Below, piece by piece: positions 9,198 through 19,440 of a DNA stretch of 64,000 nt (position 1 is its first letter; each line of letters begins with the position of its first letter). Source of the DNA: an uncultured virus (IMG/VR IMGVR_UViG_3300033068_001325) (taxonomy: Duplodnaviria; Heunggongvirae; Uroviricota; Caudoviricetes); IMG/VR virus record IMGVR_UViG_3300033068_001325; one strand, 5' to 3'. A program made the position numbers and the translations under genes. Below the pieces are notes generated by a model. The model was not told the DNA's origin and searched no databases. It worked only from the letters and a program-made list of their open reading frames with translations.

Positions 9198-9610
9198 TGG
9201 TAGCCTCCGATCTTGTAGGCCGCCAGAATGTTCTTCAACGACGCGGTTGCGGCCTTCAATGCGTCGTAGAGCCCCTGGTCACCGATCTCGTCGGGGTGAG
9301 CCTCGACAAAATCCAGAAGAGAGTCCCGCGGTCCGCGGCCGGCGTTCATGGCGACCACGAGCTGCTCGCGGATAGGAGGAGACATGCACGTCGGCTTCTG
9401 AATGCCGGGCGGACAATGCTTCTGCCGGATGTAGACGGTCGCTGTCGCCTCGACCGCGTTGAAGGACTGCACCGCGACGATGACCGCCTTCTTGTTGACG
9501 ACGATCGACTTGGCCGCATCCCACGTCTGCTTGAAGATCTGGACGCTTTCACATCCAGACATCAGCAGGCCGACTGCAAGCAGCGCGGCCGCGATATTCA
9601 ATCGTCGCAT
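9194..9610 (-). CDS. Lipoprotein (lysis region, possible spanin component)
   Basis: MRRLNIAAALLAVGLLMSG/C lipobox; GGAGG RBS. Confidence 0.75.
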   Translation of the reverse strand: MRRLNIAAALLAVGLLMSGCESVQIFKQTWDAAKSIVVNKKAVIVAVQSFNAVEATATVYIRQKHCPPGIQKPTCMSPPIREQLVVAMNAGRGPRDSLLDFVEAHPDEIGDQGLYDALKAATASLKNILAAYKIGGYQ

Positions 9611-9627
9611 TTTCTTCCTCCGTTTGC

Positions 9628-10098
9628 TTACCTGGTGACGGCGGCGGCCGCCTCCGGTGAAACCACCACATTGTCCGGTGTCGCCGGCGACGGCGCGAGA
9701 TCCGGATTGATGATCGCCTTGGTGCCGAGCTCCGGCGACGCCGCCGCGGTAACGATCGCCACCTTGGCCTCCAGGTTGCCGGCCTTTGCCATGGCGAAGA
9801 GTTTGTCCATCGTGGCGCCGATGCCGGAAGAACTGACGCCGAGCTTCCCGAGATAGATCGCGAGAATCGGGAAGACGATGTACCAAATGTTCGCAAACGC
9901 CCCGACGATGTCCTGCGTCGAGGAGTAAATGGTGTTCGCGCTCTTGAGGATCACAACCTGCTGATCCGGGGACAATGTCCCGAGCGCAACGAAGACGGCG
10001 AGGCCGCCGGTCGCGTTTGATGCGAGGTAGCGCATCGCTACTACGACTTTGTTGGTGGTCTCGGACGGCGCTTTGACGGCGGTGGAAGTATCGGTCAT
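9628..10098 (-). CDS. Putative holin
   Basis: Two hydrophobic segments; immediately downstream of the endolysin. Confidence 0.55.
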   Translation of the reverse strand: MTDTSTAVKAPSETTNKVVVAMRYLASNATGGLAVFVALGTLSPDQQVVILKSANTIYSSTQDIVGAFANIWYIVFPILAIYLGKLGVSSSGIGATMDKLFAMAKAGNLEAKVAIVTAAASPELGTKAIINPDLAPSPATPDNVVVSPEAAAAVTR

Positions 10099-10160
10099 TG
10101 CGATTCCCCTGTCGGTTGTCGAACCCATATCAGCAATCGATGCGTGACGCATCCTGATTT

Positions 10161-10721
10161 TTATGACGAGGCGGTCGTCAGGTCGGCGAAGAACGCTTTC
10201 GCTATTGCGGCAATTTCTGCTGCGCGATCAGTACCATTGATGATGCGGCGCGCATTCAGCCAGTCGGTTTTTGCATCGTTAAAATAATCAGACAGCTTTT
10301 TTCCGGTGAAAGTGCCGCGCTCCATGCCTTCGAACATGACGAAGGCGGCAATCTTGGGGTCCAATGCGAGATCAGGATTGATCGTCAGGCTGACATCGAA
10401 CCCCGCGGCATTCAGCAGCTGCGTCATGGCTTTGTAGTTGCGCTCCCACGTCAACTGCACATACCCGCGCCCGATCCATGGCCAGTATTTCTTGCCGCGC
10501 AGATAGGATTGCGATCCACGCTCTGTGATCGGCTGCATGGTGTGCGCCGTTTCCCACTTCGCGGTAGCCAGCATGTAGGCGAGATGGCGCATATCCGTGC
10601 GCTGGCGCCGCTCGAATTCATCGAGGATGCCGTTGCAACCCGCGACCTGGTTGGCGTTCAGCTTGCCGTCGAACGGCTGCTGACGTATCCCATCGAAGAA
10701 CTTTTTTCGATTGATAACCAT
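10161..10721 (-). CDS. Endolysin, GH19/lysozyme-like
   Basis: LAYMLATAKWET...PITE, GRGYVQLTW..NY, ARRIING. Confidence 0.88.
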   Translation of the reverse strand: MVINRKKFFDGIRQQPFDGKLNANQVAGCNGILDEFERRQRTDMRHLAYMLATAKWETAHTMQPITERGSQSYLRGKKYWPWIGRGYVQLTWERNYKAMTQLLNAAGFDVSLTINPDLALDPKIAAFVMFEGMERGTFTGKKLSDYFNDAKTDWLNARRIINGTDRAAEIAAIAKAFFADLTTASS

Positions 10722-10733
10722 TTCGACCTTCCC

Positions 10734-12587
10734 TCAAAATTCTTCGAGTGTGCAGGTTACACTCATGGGAGAAACAGAATTTCCAGACGAGGAAAGCATG
10801 GTTGCATCGAACCAGCGCGCTACTCCGATCGAAAGCCCGGTTACGATGCCTCCAATAGAGAAAGCGGTCTCGTAATTCGCTGCTGCGAGCGTAGCGCCTA
10901 CAATGCTTCCAAGGGCACTTCCTTGGTCGGCGGCCCCATTAACTGGAGCCGATCCGGTGTTGTGCTTTACCTGGGTTCGAGCGGTTGTGACAGCGGCGGC
11001 CAGCCAATAACCCGTGATGATGACGCGGACCCTACCGGAATACACTGGCGTAATCGTGCAAGCGTTTCCGATTCCCATCATGACGGCAGTGTTGCTGACC
11101 GTTCCGGTGGGGTTGGTCGGCGAAGTTTGGGTGACTGCGTTGGTCAGCGACTGCGAGATCGTGACGTTCGTCGTGCCGGACAGTGATATGCCGGCTCCGG
11201 CCGTCAACGACGATGCCTGATTTTGGCAGCCTAGCACGCTGGAATTGTTAAAGAGATATTGTCCGTTTGAACAGGTTCCTCCAATCGTTGTGGATCCCTG
11301 TGTGATGGAGCCGGCCGAGCTGCCCGCCTGCCAGGACGGTAGCCCCGTGTTAACCTGCAGCACCTGCCCGTTCATTCCGATTCCGAGCCGGGCGAGCTGA
11401 CCGCTGGAGTTTCGGTAGTAGAGATCGCCGGTCGCATCCGAGCCCAGCGTCATGGTGATGCCGCCGAGCACGTTGCTGGACGCTGTCAGCGTCTTGTTCG
11501 TCAGTGTATCCGTCGTGGCGCGGTAGACGAAGGTGTCCGTCGCAGCCTGAAGCGTGTTCGTCACGGACCCGAGCGCGCCGGCTGGCGGAGCCACCGTGAC
11601 GCCGCCCGACGTCGTGTTGGCGAAGGTCGCCGAGCCATTGATCGAGCCGGCCACGCCGAACGTCGTCGGCCGCGCCAGAACGATTCCACCGGTCGAGGAG
11701 CCGCCCAGCGTGACGGTGCCGCTGCCCTTGGCATCGATGCCGAGGTTTTCGTTAGTGCCGGAGGAGATCGCAGCGACGGCGACACCGGCACCGGCGGCGG
11801 CGCCGGTGACCTTGATGCCCGTGGCCTGCGATGCCGTGGCGCAGTCGACTTGGAAAGCCGGGCTCGTCGCGCCCTGGCGGCCGATCGCGGCGCAAGCCGA
11901 GTTCGTCGACGTGCCGGTCAGCGTCGCGGAATAGCCGAGCGTGGTGAAGCTGCCGGCGAGCGGACTCGTCGAGCCGATGATGACGTTATTGATCTGGTTT
12001 CCGCCGCCCGAGATCGTGCCGCCCAGCGTAAAGGCGGGTAGCGTGCCGATCGAGGCCGGCGAACCGAGCGCCAGCCCGTTGGGTAGCGTGGTCGAGATCG
12101 ACGGCGTGCCGCTGCCGTTGGTGACCAGCACGCCGTTGTTGACGGTGGCAAGGTTACCGAGGACACCGGCGTTGTTGTAGAGAAGTCCCTTGTCCGTACC
12201 GGACAGAACGGTAGTCGTGCCGACCGTCATCGAAACGGCTGTGGCTCCGATCAAGTCGTAGGTGGCACCGTTGATGCGCGCAAAAAGACTGCTCGATGTT
12301 GCCCACAAATCACCGTTAGCCGGCGAGCCCGGTGCCGTGCCGGGGATGAGATTGAAGCCGGCGGTCGATGCGCCAGGCGCGGCAGTGACGACACGTCCGG
12401 AGAACACGCCGCCAGCGGAATTCATCGGCACATAGCCGAGAGTGTCCTGCTTGCTGGCGAACAGATTGTTCCATTGCGCTGGCGTCAGCTTCTGACCTTG
12501 TGTCAGACCCGGATTCGTCTGCGCAATAGCGACAGATGACGACAGCGCAAACGCGAGCGCTATCGCGCCAACAATCTTTTTCGACAT
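10734..12587 (-). CDS. Tail-fibre-like protein with Sec signal peptide
   Basis: G/S/T-rich beta repeats (GDLYYRNSSGQLARLGIG..GQVLQV); located after the fibre and chaperone genes; MSKKIVGAIALAFALSSSVAIA/Q. Confidence 0.75.
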   Translation of the reverse strand: MSKKIVGAIALAFALSSSVAIAQTNPGLTQGQKLTPAQWNNLFASKQDTLGYVPMNSAGGVFSGRVVTAAPGASTAGFNLIPGTAPGSPANGDLWATSSSLFARINGATYDLIGATAVSMTVGTTTVLSGTDKGLLYNNAGVLGNLATVNNGVLVTNGSGTPSISTTLPNGLALGSPASIGTLPAFTLGGTISGGGNQINNVIIGSTSPLAGSFTTLGYSATLTGTSTNSACAAIGRQGATSPAFQVDCATASQATGIKVTGAAAGAGVAVAAISSGTNENLGIDAKGSGTVTLGGSSTGGIVLARPTTFGVAGSINGSATFANTTSGGVTVAPPAGALGSVTNTLQAATDTFVYRATTDTLTNKTLTASSNVLGGITMTLGSDATGDLYYRNSSGQLARLGIGMNGQVLQVNTGLPSWQAGSSAGSITQGSTTIGGTCSNGQYLFNNSSVLGCQNQASSLTAGAGISLSGTTNVTISQSLTNAVTQTSPTNPTGTVSNTAVMMGIGNACTITPVYSGRVRVIITGYWLAAAVTTARTQVKHNTGSAPVNGAADQGSALGSIVGATLAAANYETAFSIGGIVTGLSIGVARWFDATMLSSSGNSVSPMSVTCTLEEF

Positions 12588-12593
12588 GATGTT

Positions 12594-13250
12594 TTAGACT
12601 CCGCTGAAGTCAGGCTCTTTCCACTGACCGATAGTTTCGGTTGTGAGATCTTCGACATCAGACATGGCTTCCGCTGCCATGAATTCGATCTCTCTTGCAC
12701 GCCGGCGAGCTTCCTGCATTTCACCCAGGAACTTGGCGTCTTCTGCTGGGCGACTTTCGACAATGGCGGTTTGAATATCGACTTCGCCCTCACCAAACAT
12801 ACGCTTGAAAAATCCAGGCTTGGAACCTTGCGCCAGCGCCGCCCCTCTCGCTGCATCGGATTCCTGAATTTTTGTTTCCCGCAGAATCATGAAGCGCTGC
12901 TTGCCGGGAGGAATAATTGACGCAAGCGCCTCGCCTTCCAGCTTCAGGATGCGCGCGATCAGTTCGCGCTTTCGCGACTCTAGCATGTCGGCGCTATCGT
13001 CGATCACTTCATAATCGACTTCAAAATTTTCGTTGATCGCGGCCTCAATCTGATCCGACGCGCGGGGCCGATTGAAGGGTTGAAATCTGTCGACCGGAGC
13101 AATGACTTTGCCGGCAGCGATGTCGGCTTGTTGTTTTTGCAACGCGGCGTGATGGTCGCGCCAATGTCGAAGCGCGCCTGCATGCTCGGCCACGAGAAGA
13201 TCGAACGCGGCATTGGATTCGAGGACCGATTTTTTGATTTTTGCCGTCAT
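12594..13250 (-). CDS. Putative tail fibre assembly chaperone
   Basis: Helical protein directly after the tail fibre gene, ATGA overlap. Confidence 0.55.
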   Translation of the reverse strand: MTAKIKKSVLESNAAFDLLVAEHAGALRHWRDHHAALQKQQADIAAGKVIAPVDRFQPFNRPRASDQIEAAINENFEVDYEVIDDSADMLESRKRELIARILKLEGEALASIIPPGKQRFMILRETKIQESDAARGAALAQGSKPGFFKRMFGEGEVDIQTAIVESRPAEDAKFLGEMQEARRRAREIEFMAAEAMSDVEDLTTETIGQWKEPDFSGV

Positions 13251-14299
13251 AGTTTCTGCCCCCAATTTACGCCGAGACTGCGCTGCACGGTGTTATGGGC
13301 CGTGCCGGAGCCTGATGAAGCGTTGTTGATGCTTATGTCAGTAGTGCTGGAGACGATGTTGATGCTGGCATAGCTGATTGGGCTGTCCGATCCGCCTCCA
13401 GTGCCAGTCAAGGCGTGGTTGGAGCCGCCGATATTTCCGCCGGAAACCCCATGCACATGCCCCGGGTCGGTAAGAGAATTGGGGTGGATGTGGGGCCCGT
13501 TCTCGCTGCCGACGAGCGGATGCAGATTCTCGCCGAGCGTCGACCCCGGCGTGGTGGCATTGCCGGACGTGACCGGAACGCCGGACAAATTGCTCGAGCT
13601 TCCCGCGTCGACGCCGATCAGGCCGGTGCCGCGCCCCTCCGGGAGCTGCAGCCGCTTGCCGGCGACGAAGTCGGCCACTGCGTTCGCGCCGCGCGTCGTT
13701 GCAATGCCGCCGCTGGTATAGATCGCAAGCTGTGAATTCGGCCAGTTGGCGGCAAAAAGAAAGAGCGCGTCGGCATCCGCATAATTGGCGCCCGACGATC
13801 CATTTCCGAGAGTCCAATCCCCGCGCGCGTGAACGTATCCCGTCGGCACCGCTGACAGAAATGGCACCAGGGTTCCGGCTGGAATACCCACTCTAGTCCA
13901 ACCGCTCGATGTCAGAGGATCATCAGGATCTGTCGCATTGTTGTCGACGGTGGAGTACCACTGAGCGCCGAGCACAATATCCGAAGCGACGATAGCCCCT
14001 TCAGGATATCCCCCGACTTCGCCGGCGAAAGTCGCATCGAACGGGATTACGCCGCCTGCCTGAAGCCATTGCTCCCATGCAGTGACGACCTTCAATATTC
14101 CGTTGAAGTCCTGCCCGAACGGCGGAACGCCCCCGGCCGACACTGGCGTAAAGTTGTCAGGCACAAAGCCCGTATCGAACGAAGCTGCGCCATCCTGGAT
14201 TCCAATCTGGGAATCAACCGGCACCGTGCGGATATACGCGCCGGCGGCATTGACGCCCCAGATTTTGGAAAAGCGAAGCGGAATGTCTGCGCGCTGCAT
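13247..14299 (-). CDS. Baseplate-attached tail fibre with collar domain
   Basis: GAASFDTGF...GGVPPFGQDFNGIL...GGYPEGA N-terminus; collar PAGTLVPF...LPEGRG; DPGHVH...GSGTAHNTVQ tip. Confidence 0.85.
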   Translation of the reverse strand: MQRADIPLRFSKIWGVNAAGAYIRTVPVDSQIGIQDGAASFDTGFVPDNFTPVSAGGVPPFGQDFNGILKVVTAWEQWLQAGGVIPFDATFAGEVGGYPEGAIVASDIVLGAQWYSTVDNNATDPDDPLTSSGWTRVGIPAGTLVPFLSAVPTGYVHARGDWTLGNGSSGANYADADALFLFAANWPNSQLAIYTSGGIATTRGANAVADFVAGKRLQLPEGRGTGLIGVDAGSSSNLSGVPVTSGNATTPGSTLGENLHPLVGSENGPHIHPNSLTDPGHVHGVSGGNIGGSNHALTGTGGGSDSPISYASINIVSSTTDISINNASSGSGTAHNTVQRSLGVNWGQKL

Positions 14300-14307
14300 G
14301 ATCGCCT

Positions 14308-14970
14308 CTATTGCACGGAATCGATGGTGTATGAAACGCCGGTGGACACCGGAAGCACGCCGGACTGAGAAACGATGGCAAGCTCCACCGGAGTCAACGC
14401 AAACTCAAACTTGAACGTCATGGTCATGTCCAAGCCGTCGATCACATACGCATTTCCGCGATTTGGAAAAAGCGTCATGAGGATCGCGTTGATGGATGGG
14501 ATTGAACCGTCGCAGATATTTGCAGCTGCCTTGGCCAGCAGTAGTACGCGGTAGGCGCTATCGGTCAAAATGAAATTCGAGCCGATCTGTTGGCCGGAAT
14601 AGAACGGTGCCTGGTTGAACGGCTGCGCTTCCTGCCCGGCTTCCTGAAATCCCAGATACGGCTGATCTCCGGATACGGTGAGGGTTCGACCAACATTGAG
14701 CCGCCGCCCCCAGACATTAAGGCCATATCCCTGCGCCGTGTCGATGTTCATGACCAGATCGAAGAAGCTCTGAAAATTCAGCGTCTGATCGAGATAGGCA
14801 AAGCAGTTTTCGATGAGGCGAGTGAGGATTGGAGAATTCGCGTACTGCGAAATGATCGTCTTCCAGACATTGAACGACGGAATGTCTCCGATCCTCGATA
14901 CGCCGATAATGAAATTGCCGATCGCATTGTCTTCCGGCGTCGGTTGTTCAAACGGGTCCGGACCGCTCAT
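14308..14970 (-). CDS. Baseplate protein (DUF2612-like)
   Basis: TIISQYANSP...NIDTAQGYGLNVWG...DSAYRVLLLAKAAANI. Confidence 0.82.
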   Translation of the reverse strand: MSGPDPFEQPTPEDNAIGNFIIGVSRIGDIPSFNVWKTIISQYANSPILTRLIENCFAYLDQTLNFQSFFDLVMNIDTAQGYGLNVWGRRLNVGRTLTVSGDQPYLGFQEAGQEAQPFNQAPFYSGQQIGSNFILTDSAYRVLLLAKAAANICDGSIPSINAILMTLFPNRGNAYVIDGLDMTMTFKFEFALTPVELAIVSQSGVLPVSTGVSYTIDSVQ

Positions 14971-16385
14971 GTGGTGCTCACTGCAATATTTTCGGCGTTG
15001 ATGGTCGGCACCTGGTCGGCATTCACCGACACCGAGGTATCGTCCGGCAAAATGCTCTTCATCGCACGCGAGCTTATCGTGAGTGTCTTGTTGATCGTCC
15101 AGCTCAGTCCGGCGCCGGCAGTGATTATGGTGCCAGCCGGCACCGAGCCGTCATCCGCTTGCACGGTCTGACCGATGGCGATCGTTCCCGACACGCCGCT
15201 GACCGTCAGCGTGGATCCAGCGATTGCTCCCGTGAAGGAAGCGTTTGGTGCGTTTGTCGATCCCAATGTGATCGTGAGAACCTGTGCCCACTCGCCGAGG
15301 GCGGATACCGATGCGTAGTAGCGACTTGCCAGAATGTTCGAGCCTATCCTGGCGCGCGTGCCACCGTCGGCGCCGGCAAAGGCTGCGATGATGGCCGCCT
15401 GGATCTGCGCCGCGGCGTTCACCGGGATCTGCGCATTGTTCTGCAGGATGATCGCAAAGAGGACCGGAAGAGAGGTTGGCCTGTTGAAAGTCACCGGATA
15501 GGTCGGCAGCGGAGGAGAATAGACACCAGCCGTGTCCTCTACATTGACCGTGGTGTTCCCCGTATAATCGCAGCCCGGGGCCTTTTTCGACCATATGGCC
15601 GCGGCCACATCTGCGTCGGTTCCGCCGACCGCCGACACATAGAGCGACTTGGCCCCTACCGAAACACCCCTGATAGTGACGGGAGAATTGGTGGTGTTTT
15701 CGGTGACATAGGCGTCGAGAACGTCGGCAACCTCCAGAACCGCCCCTTGGACCGCATTAAGAGACCCTACAGCGTTTTTGGCAACAGAGGCGGCCCGACG
15801 TTCCTCAAACTGCGCACGGCTCTCAGTGTCCCTCCCAAGGACGCCGTCGGTCGGGTTTATGATCGAGTCCCAGCCCGGGATTGCCCGGAAAATCTTCGTC
15901 AGGGTTCCGGCCGGGCATGGGATAGGCCCGTAGGTGTTGCACGAGAAGGAAATGGTGACCGTTCCGCCTGCCCCAATAACCCCCTCCTCTGTCGACGTGT
16001 AAAGCTGGCCGTCGGTTGCCTTGGCGATCGATCCCACCGGGATCACGGTTCCTTCGCCGCCGGTGCACAGGGCCGAAACCACCGTGGGGAGCGCCGGCGT
16101 GCGCGAGAGGAAGTACAGCCTGGCGACCGCATCCTGCGCGCGGCCGGAGGCGTAGGCCGGATCGAATTGGTTGAACAGGTTTATGACCTGTGCATTCACC
16201 TCGCCGATGACTGCCGTCAGCGAGCTCGCCAGCTGTCCCTGTGGCGTATTGAGGGCTGGATTTACGTTGCCACCGAAGGCCTCGTTGATGTCGGCCTGCA
16301 CGCCGGAGAGCACTTCCTGCTCTGTCGGCGCAGCAAACCCTCGATCGGTGAAGGTGAGGCCTGGGACGTTTGTCTTCACTGTCAT
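14967..16385 (-). CDS. Baseplate J/gp47-like wedge protein
   Basis: TPQGQLASS...DPAYASGRAQDA...ESRAQFEERR...IWSKKAPGC. Confidence 0.88.
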   Translation of the reverse strand: MTVKTNVPGLTFTDRGFAAPTEQEVLSGVQADINEAFGGNVNPALNTPQGQLASSLTAVIGEVNAQVINLFNQFDPAYASGRAQDAVARLYFLSRTPALPTVVSALCTGGEGTVIPVGSIAKATDGQLYTSTEEGVIGAGGTVTISFSCNTYGPIPCPAGTLTKIFRAIPGWDSIINPTDGVLGRDTESRAQFEERRAASVAKNAVGSLNAVQGAVLEVADVLDAYVTENTTNSPVTIRGVSVGAKSLYVSAVGGTDADVAAAIWSKKAPGCDYTGNTTVNVEDTAGVYSPPLPTYPVTFNRPTSLPVLFAIILQNNAQIPVNAAAQIQAAIIAAFAGADGGTRARIGSNILASRYYASVSALGEWAQVLTITLGSTNAPNASFTGAIAGSTLTVSGVSGTIAIGQTVQADDGSVPAGTIITAGAGLSWTINKTLTISSRAMKSILPDDTSVSVNADQVPTINAENIAVSTT

Positions 16386-16386
16386 G

Positions 16387-16755
16387 CTAGACCGCCGCCA
16401 CTGAGGTTTGGCCGTCGTCGTTCGTGACCTGGATCTGTCCCGTCACGCGGCGATCGGCAATTCCGGTGATGAATACCTTGGCGTTGGCGACACCCGGCAC
16501 CAACAGCGCCTGGCTCGCCATCTTTGCTTTCAGGAGTGGAATGTTCGGCGCGCGGCCGAGCATGGATTTATAGCCCACTCCTAGATTTGAATTGTACCAG
16601 CACTCGCCGGTGCCGTTCGACCTGCTGTCGCTGAAGGTGCGACACGCGCTTGCGGCATCCTGTGCCTGAGAGTACGGCTCGGATGCCACCGCGATGTTGC
16701 CAGAAATGTCGAGCAGCAAATCCCAGGTGTTGACGCCGAGCAAAAGTGTTTTCAT
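16387..16755 (-). CDS. Baseplate wedge / sheath initiator (gp25/gp46-like)
   Basis: WDLLLDISGNIAVA...AQDAASAC...GECWYN; gene order. Confidence 0.75.
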   Translation of the reverse strand: MKTLLLGVNTWDLLLDISGNIAVASEPYSQAQDAASACRTFSDSRSNGTGECWYNSNLGVGYKSMLGRAPNIPLLKAKMASQALLVPGVANAKVFITGIADRRVTGQIQVTNDDGQTSVAAV

Positions 16756-17465
16756 GGCTGCGCCACCGTCGTTACTGCGAATGCGCCCTGTGATGTATGA
16801 TGGTGCGCCTTCAGACCAATGTTGCCGGCGGTGACTTCGCCCGTGGTCGTGAAGTTGCCGGTATAGGTGCCGCCGCCGTCATCAGTGATAGCACCCTGCA
16901 GGCCCAAGCCAGCTTGCATGACAACATCCTGCTGAAAGGTGACCTTACCGGTGAACAGCCAGCCGGTCGAGCTCGAGACAAGCGCATTGCTGTTCTTGTC
17001 GTGCAGTTCCATCCCGGTGTCGGTGAACTTCACATACTGCTCTGGATCGGTGGCATTGAGCACGCCTCCCAGATAGACTCCGTCCGCCTGGTCGAACATG
17101 CGCTGCGAGCCCGGAGGGCCTGCCTTCTTGGTTTCCTTCACTGAAGAGATGTCGCGATCGGCGCACAGTAGCAACCCGATGTCATCGACGGCCGGATCCG
17201 CAAGAACGGCGTTGCTGCCATAGCGCAACGCCATGTATGGCACCCCATAGATTTGTCCTTGCGGGGTTACCTGGCCACTGCCGTCCATCTGCTCGACAAG
17301 CGGAAGAACGGATACGATTTTGGCATCGGTGTCGACGGATACCACCTTGACGATCTTTACCGTCGACAACTGCGCTAGCATGCGCTCGACGATGAAGCTG
17401 ATGGCGTTGTACTCGCTCGCCGCCGTTTCCGGTCGCTGCTGGCCGTAGCCGTCACCCTCTGCCAT
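16752..17465 (-). CDS. Baseplate central spike (Gp138/gpV-like)
   Basis: DPAVDDIGL..CADRDIS..K; C-terminal LKAHHH metal-binding tip. Confidence 0.88.
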   Translation of the reverse strand: MAEGDGYGQQRPETAASEYNAISFIVERMLAQLSTVKIVKVVSVDTDAKIVSVLPLVEQMDGSGQVTPQGQIYGVPYMALRYGSNAVLADPAVDDIGLLLCADRDISSVKETKKAGPPGSQRMFDQADGVYLGGVLNATDPEQYVKFTDTGMELHDKNSNALVSSSTGWLFTGKVTFQQDVVMQAGLGLQGAITDDGGGTYTGNFTTTGEVTAGNIGLKAHHHTSQGAFAVTTVAQP

Positions 17466-18374
17466 CTATCGCACCGGCGGTGTTGGAAGTTTCGGATTAT
17501 AGCCGAGGACATTGGTGTCCCATGGACCACCAGGAAACTCGCACGCAAGACGATGCGAAAGACCGTAGACCACATATTCGCCCGGTGTCAGCACGGAACT
17601 TTCGACTTTAATTTTTTGGCCAAAACCAATCGTTGGATCGTAGAGATTTCGCACCATCACGCCATAGGCATTGTAGCGCGGAAACCCGATCATGCTTCCC
17701 TTCGGCGGCGGAGCAAGCAGTGGAATGAGACCACCGCGCGAGCCGGTGCGCGGCCATATCGCGATGACACCACCTTCTCCATTGTTCCAAAGAACGCCGG
17801 AGCTCTGAATGCACCTTCGCGCCTGATCGCGCAGCGACCCGGTAAATACCGGATTTTTCAGCGTGACATCGACGCCTGAATTTTCGAACCTCAACCCCAT
17901 CTTGGTTGCAAAATTTGACATGATTTCTGCAACGCTTGCCGAACCCTGATAGCTCGTAGCCTCAGCCGGAGCCGCCGCAAAGGCGCCGAGCGTGTGTGCC
18001 GTGATATGGAAGCACGGCTCCGGCATGGCATTAAAGTCAGCTTCTGCGGAAGTGATGTAGCCGACAAAAGCCGTCGACATCTTGCCCGCAATTCCAGCTG
18101 TCAGCGTGATCGAATTCTTGGGCAGAAAATTGATCTGGATGCCGAGTGTCGCCAGCTGGTTCATGAGCGACCGAGTCATTCCCCAAATGGAAAGCTCGAG
18201 CGTGCCATCGGACAAGCCGCCGGCGTTCTGTATATCGGCCGTCATGCGCAAGCCTGCCGGCAACGTGACCTTGTTGCCGCCTTCAGCGAAAGAAGTCGGC
18301 TGCGTTGCCATGGGTGACGGGCTGCGGTCCTGGGACAGCTGAATCGACACGCCGAGTGCGCGCCGCTCAAGCAT
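17466..18374 (-). CDS. Baseplate hub protein
   Basis: LSIWGM...LTAG...AFVGYI; MIGFP; gene order. Confidence 0.75.
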   Translation of the reverse strand: MLERRALGVSIQLSQDRSPSPMATQPTSFAEGGNKVTLPAGLRMTADIQNAGGLSDGTLELSIWGMTRSLMNQLATLGIQINFLPKNSITLTAGIAGKMSTAFVGYITSAEADFNAMPEPCFHITAHTLGAFAAAPAEATSYQGSASVAEIMSNFATKMGLRFENSGVDVTLKNPVFTGSLRDQARRCIQSSGVLWNNGEGGVIAIWPRTGSRGGLIPLLAPPPKGSMIGFPRYNAYGVMVRNLYDPTIGFGQKIKVESSVLTPGEYVVYGLSHRLACEFPGGPWDTNVLGYNPKLPTPPVR

Positions 18375-18687
18375 TGCGGCGCTCCTCGAGCTCGGTCTCC
18401 TCGATGTAGATCAGCTGAAACCGATCGCCGAGACCCGTGTAATCAGGATCGTCGGTGCCGCGCGTGTCGAAAAAGAAAAAATCGCCAAGAAATCCGAGAT
18501 AGGTATTTCGGACGATGCGATTTTCATTCTCACAGAGAACGCCAAGGATGATCGGGCTGCCGCCGACATAGACGTCGATGTAGAGACCATTCGATCGCTG
18601 GTTGACCGACAGGATGCAGCTTTGCCCACCTAGGGCAACAGCTTCGATTTGGTTCGGCAATGCCGACAACGGGATGAGCTGCGCCAT
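18367..18687 (-). CDS. Small baseplate protein
   Basis: IPLSALPNQ...YLGFLGDFFFFDTRGTDDPDYTGLGDRF. Confidence 0.75.
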   Translation of the reverse strand: MAQLIPLSALPNQIEAVALGGQSCILSVNQRSNGLYIDVYVGGSPIILGVLCENENRIVRNTYLGFLGDFFFFDTRGTDDPDYTGLGDRFQLIYIEETELEERRNA

Positions 18688-18696
18688 CTTCCACCC

Positions 18697-19440
18697 CTAG
18701 AACGGCAGCATGGATTTCGCAAGAACACTCTGCACGGCCGCATTTTGTGCGGCTGTAACTGCGGACGACTGCACCGTGCCGTTGCTCACCGTAGGAGATG
18801 CCGATGGAGAGATTGGATTGACGATCGCGGCAGAAAAGCGAGAGTCGAACGAATCCCCAGACTGAGTGATGGCGTTATTGCTGGCGTTGGCGCCGGTGCC
18901 GGATTGCTGCGCATTGGTAAAGCTGGAGGATGCGGTGGTGCGAACCTGTTCGCAAAACATATCGACCACGATGAGTGCCACACCGTTGCTGGCGGTCCTC
19001 CGGTAGTCGAATCGAATTGGATTGACGCTTTCGTAAACCTGCTCTGGCGTAACCGCATCCATGAGATCGAGAGAGGCGCAGGCGGCCGCCGCTGACTCGA
19101 GCAGCTCCTGGCGAGCCGCCACAGTATCGCCGGTGGCAAATCGCAGCACGACATCGTAGGGCGTCTGCACCTTGTTGTAGCTCTCAAAGCCGCCAGCGCT
19201 TTGCTGATTGCTCGGTTCGATGGCGAAGGTGGAGATCCGATAGTTCTGCCGAAACTCAAACGACACCACAGATTCGGCGACGACAACCGGAGCTCCGCCA
19301 AGAAATAGGCCCCACTCAGTTGTCGTTTCCCCGAATAGAGACAGCACATCGGAAAGAACAAGGTCGGCCGCCGCGATCAGCGTGTTGATCGACGGCAGCG
19401 ACGGAACGCCGGGCCCGATCGGCACAAACGGAATTGCCAT
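18697..19440 (-). CDS. Tail tube initiator / baseplate protein
   Basis: ISTFAIE...GFESYNKVQTP...VTPEQVY; follows the tape measure gene. Confidence 0.72.
   Translation of the reverse strand: MAIPFVPIGPGVPSLPSINTLIAAADLVLSDVLSLFGETTTEWGLFLGGAPVVVAESVVSFEFRQNYRISTFAIEPSNQQSAGGFESYNKVQTPYDVVLRFATGDTVAARQELLESAAAACASLDLMDAVTPEQVYESVNPIRFDYRRTASNGVALIVVDMFCEQVRTTASSSFTNAQQSGTGANASNNAITQSGDSFDSRFSAAIVNPISPSASPTVSNGTVQSSAVTAAQNAAVQSVLAKSMLPF

Noticed and set aside
10734..14299. Diversity-generating retroelement or invertible fibre cassette
   Set aside because: No reverse transcriptase, recombinase or template/variable repeat pair seen
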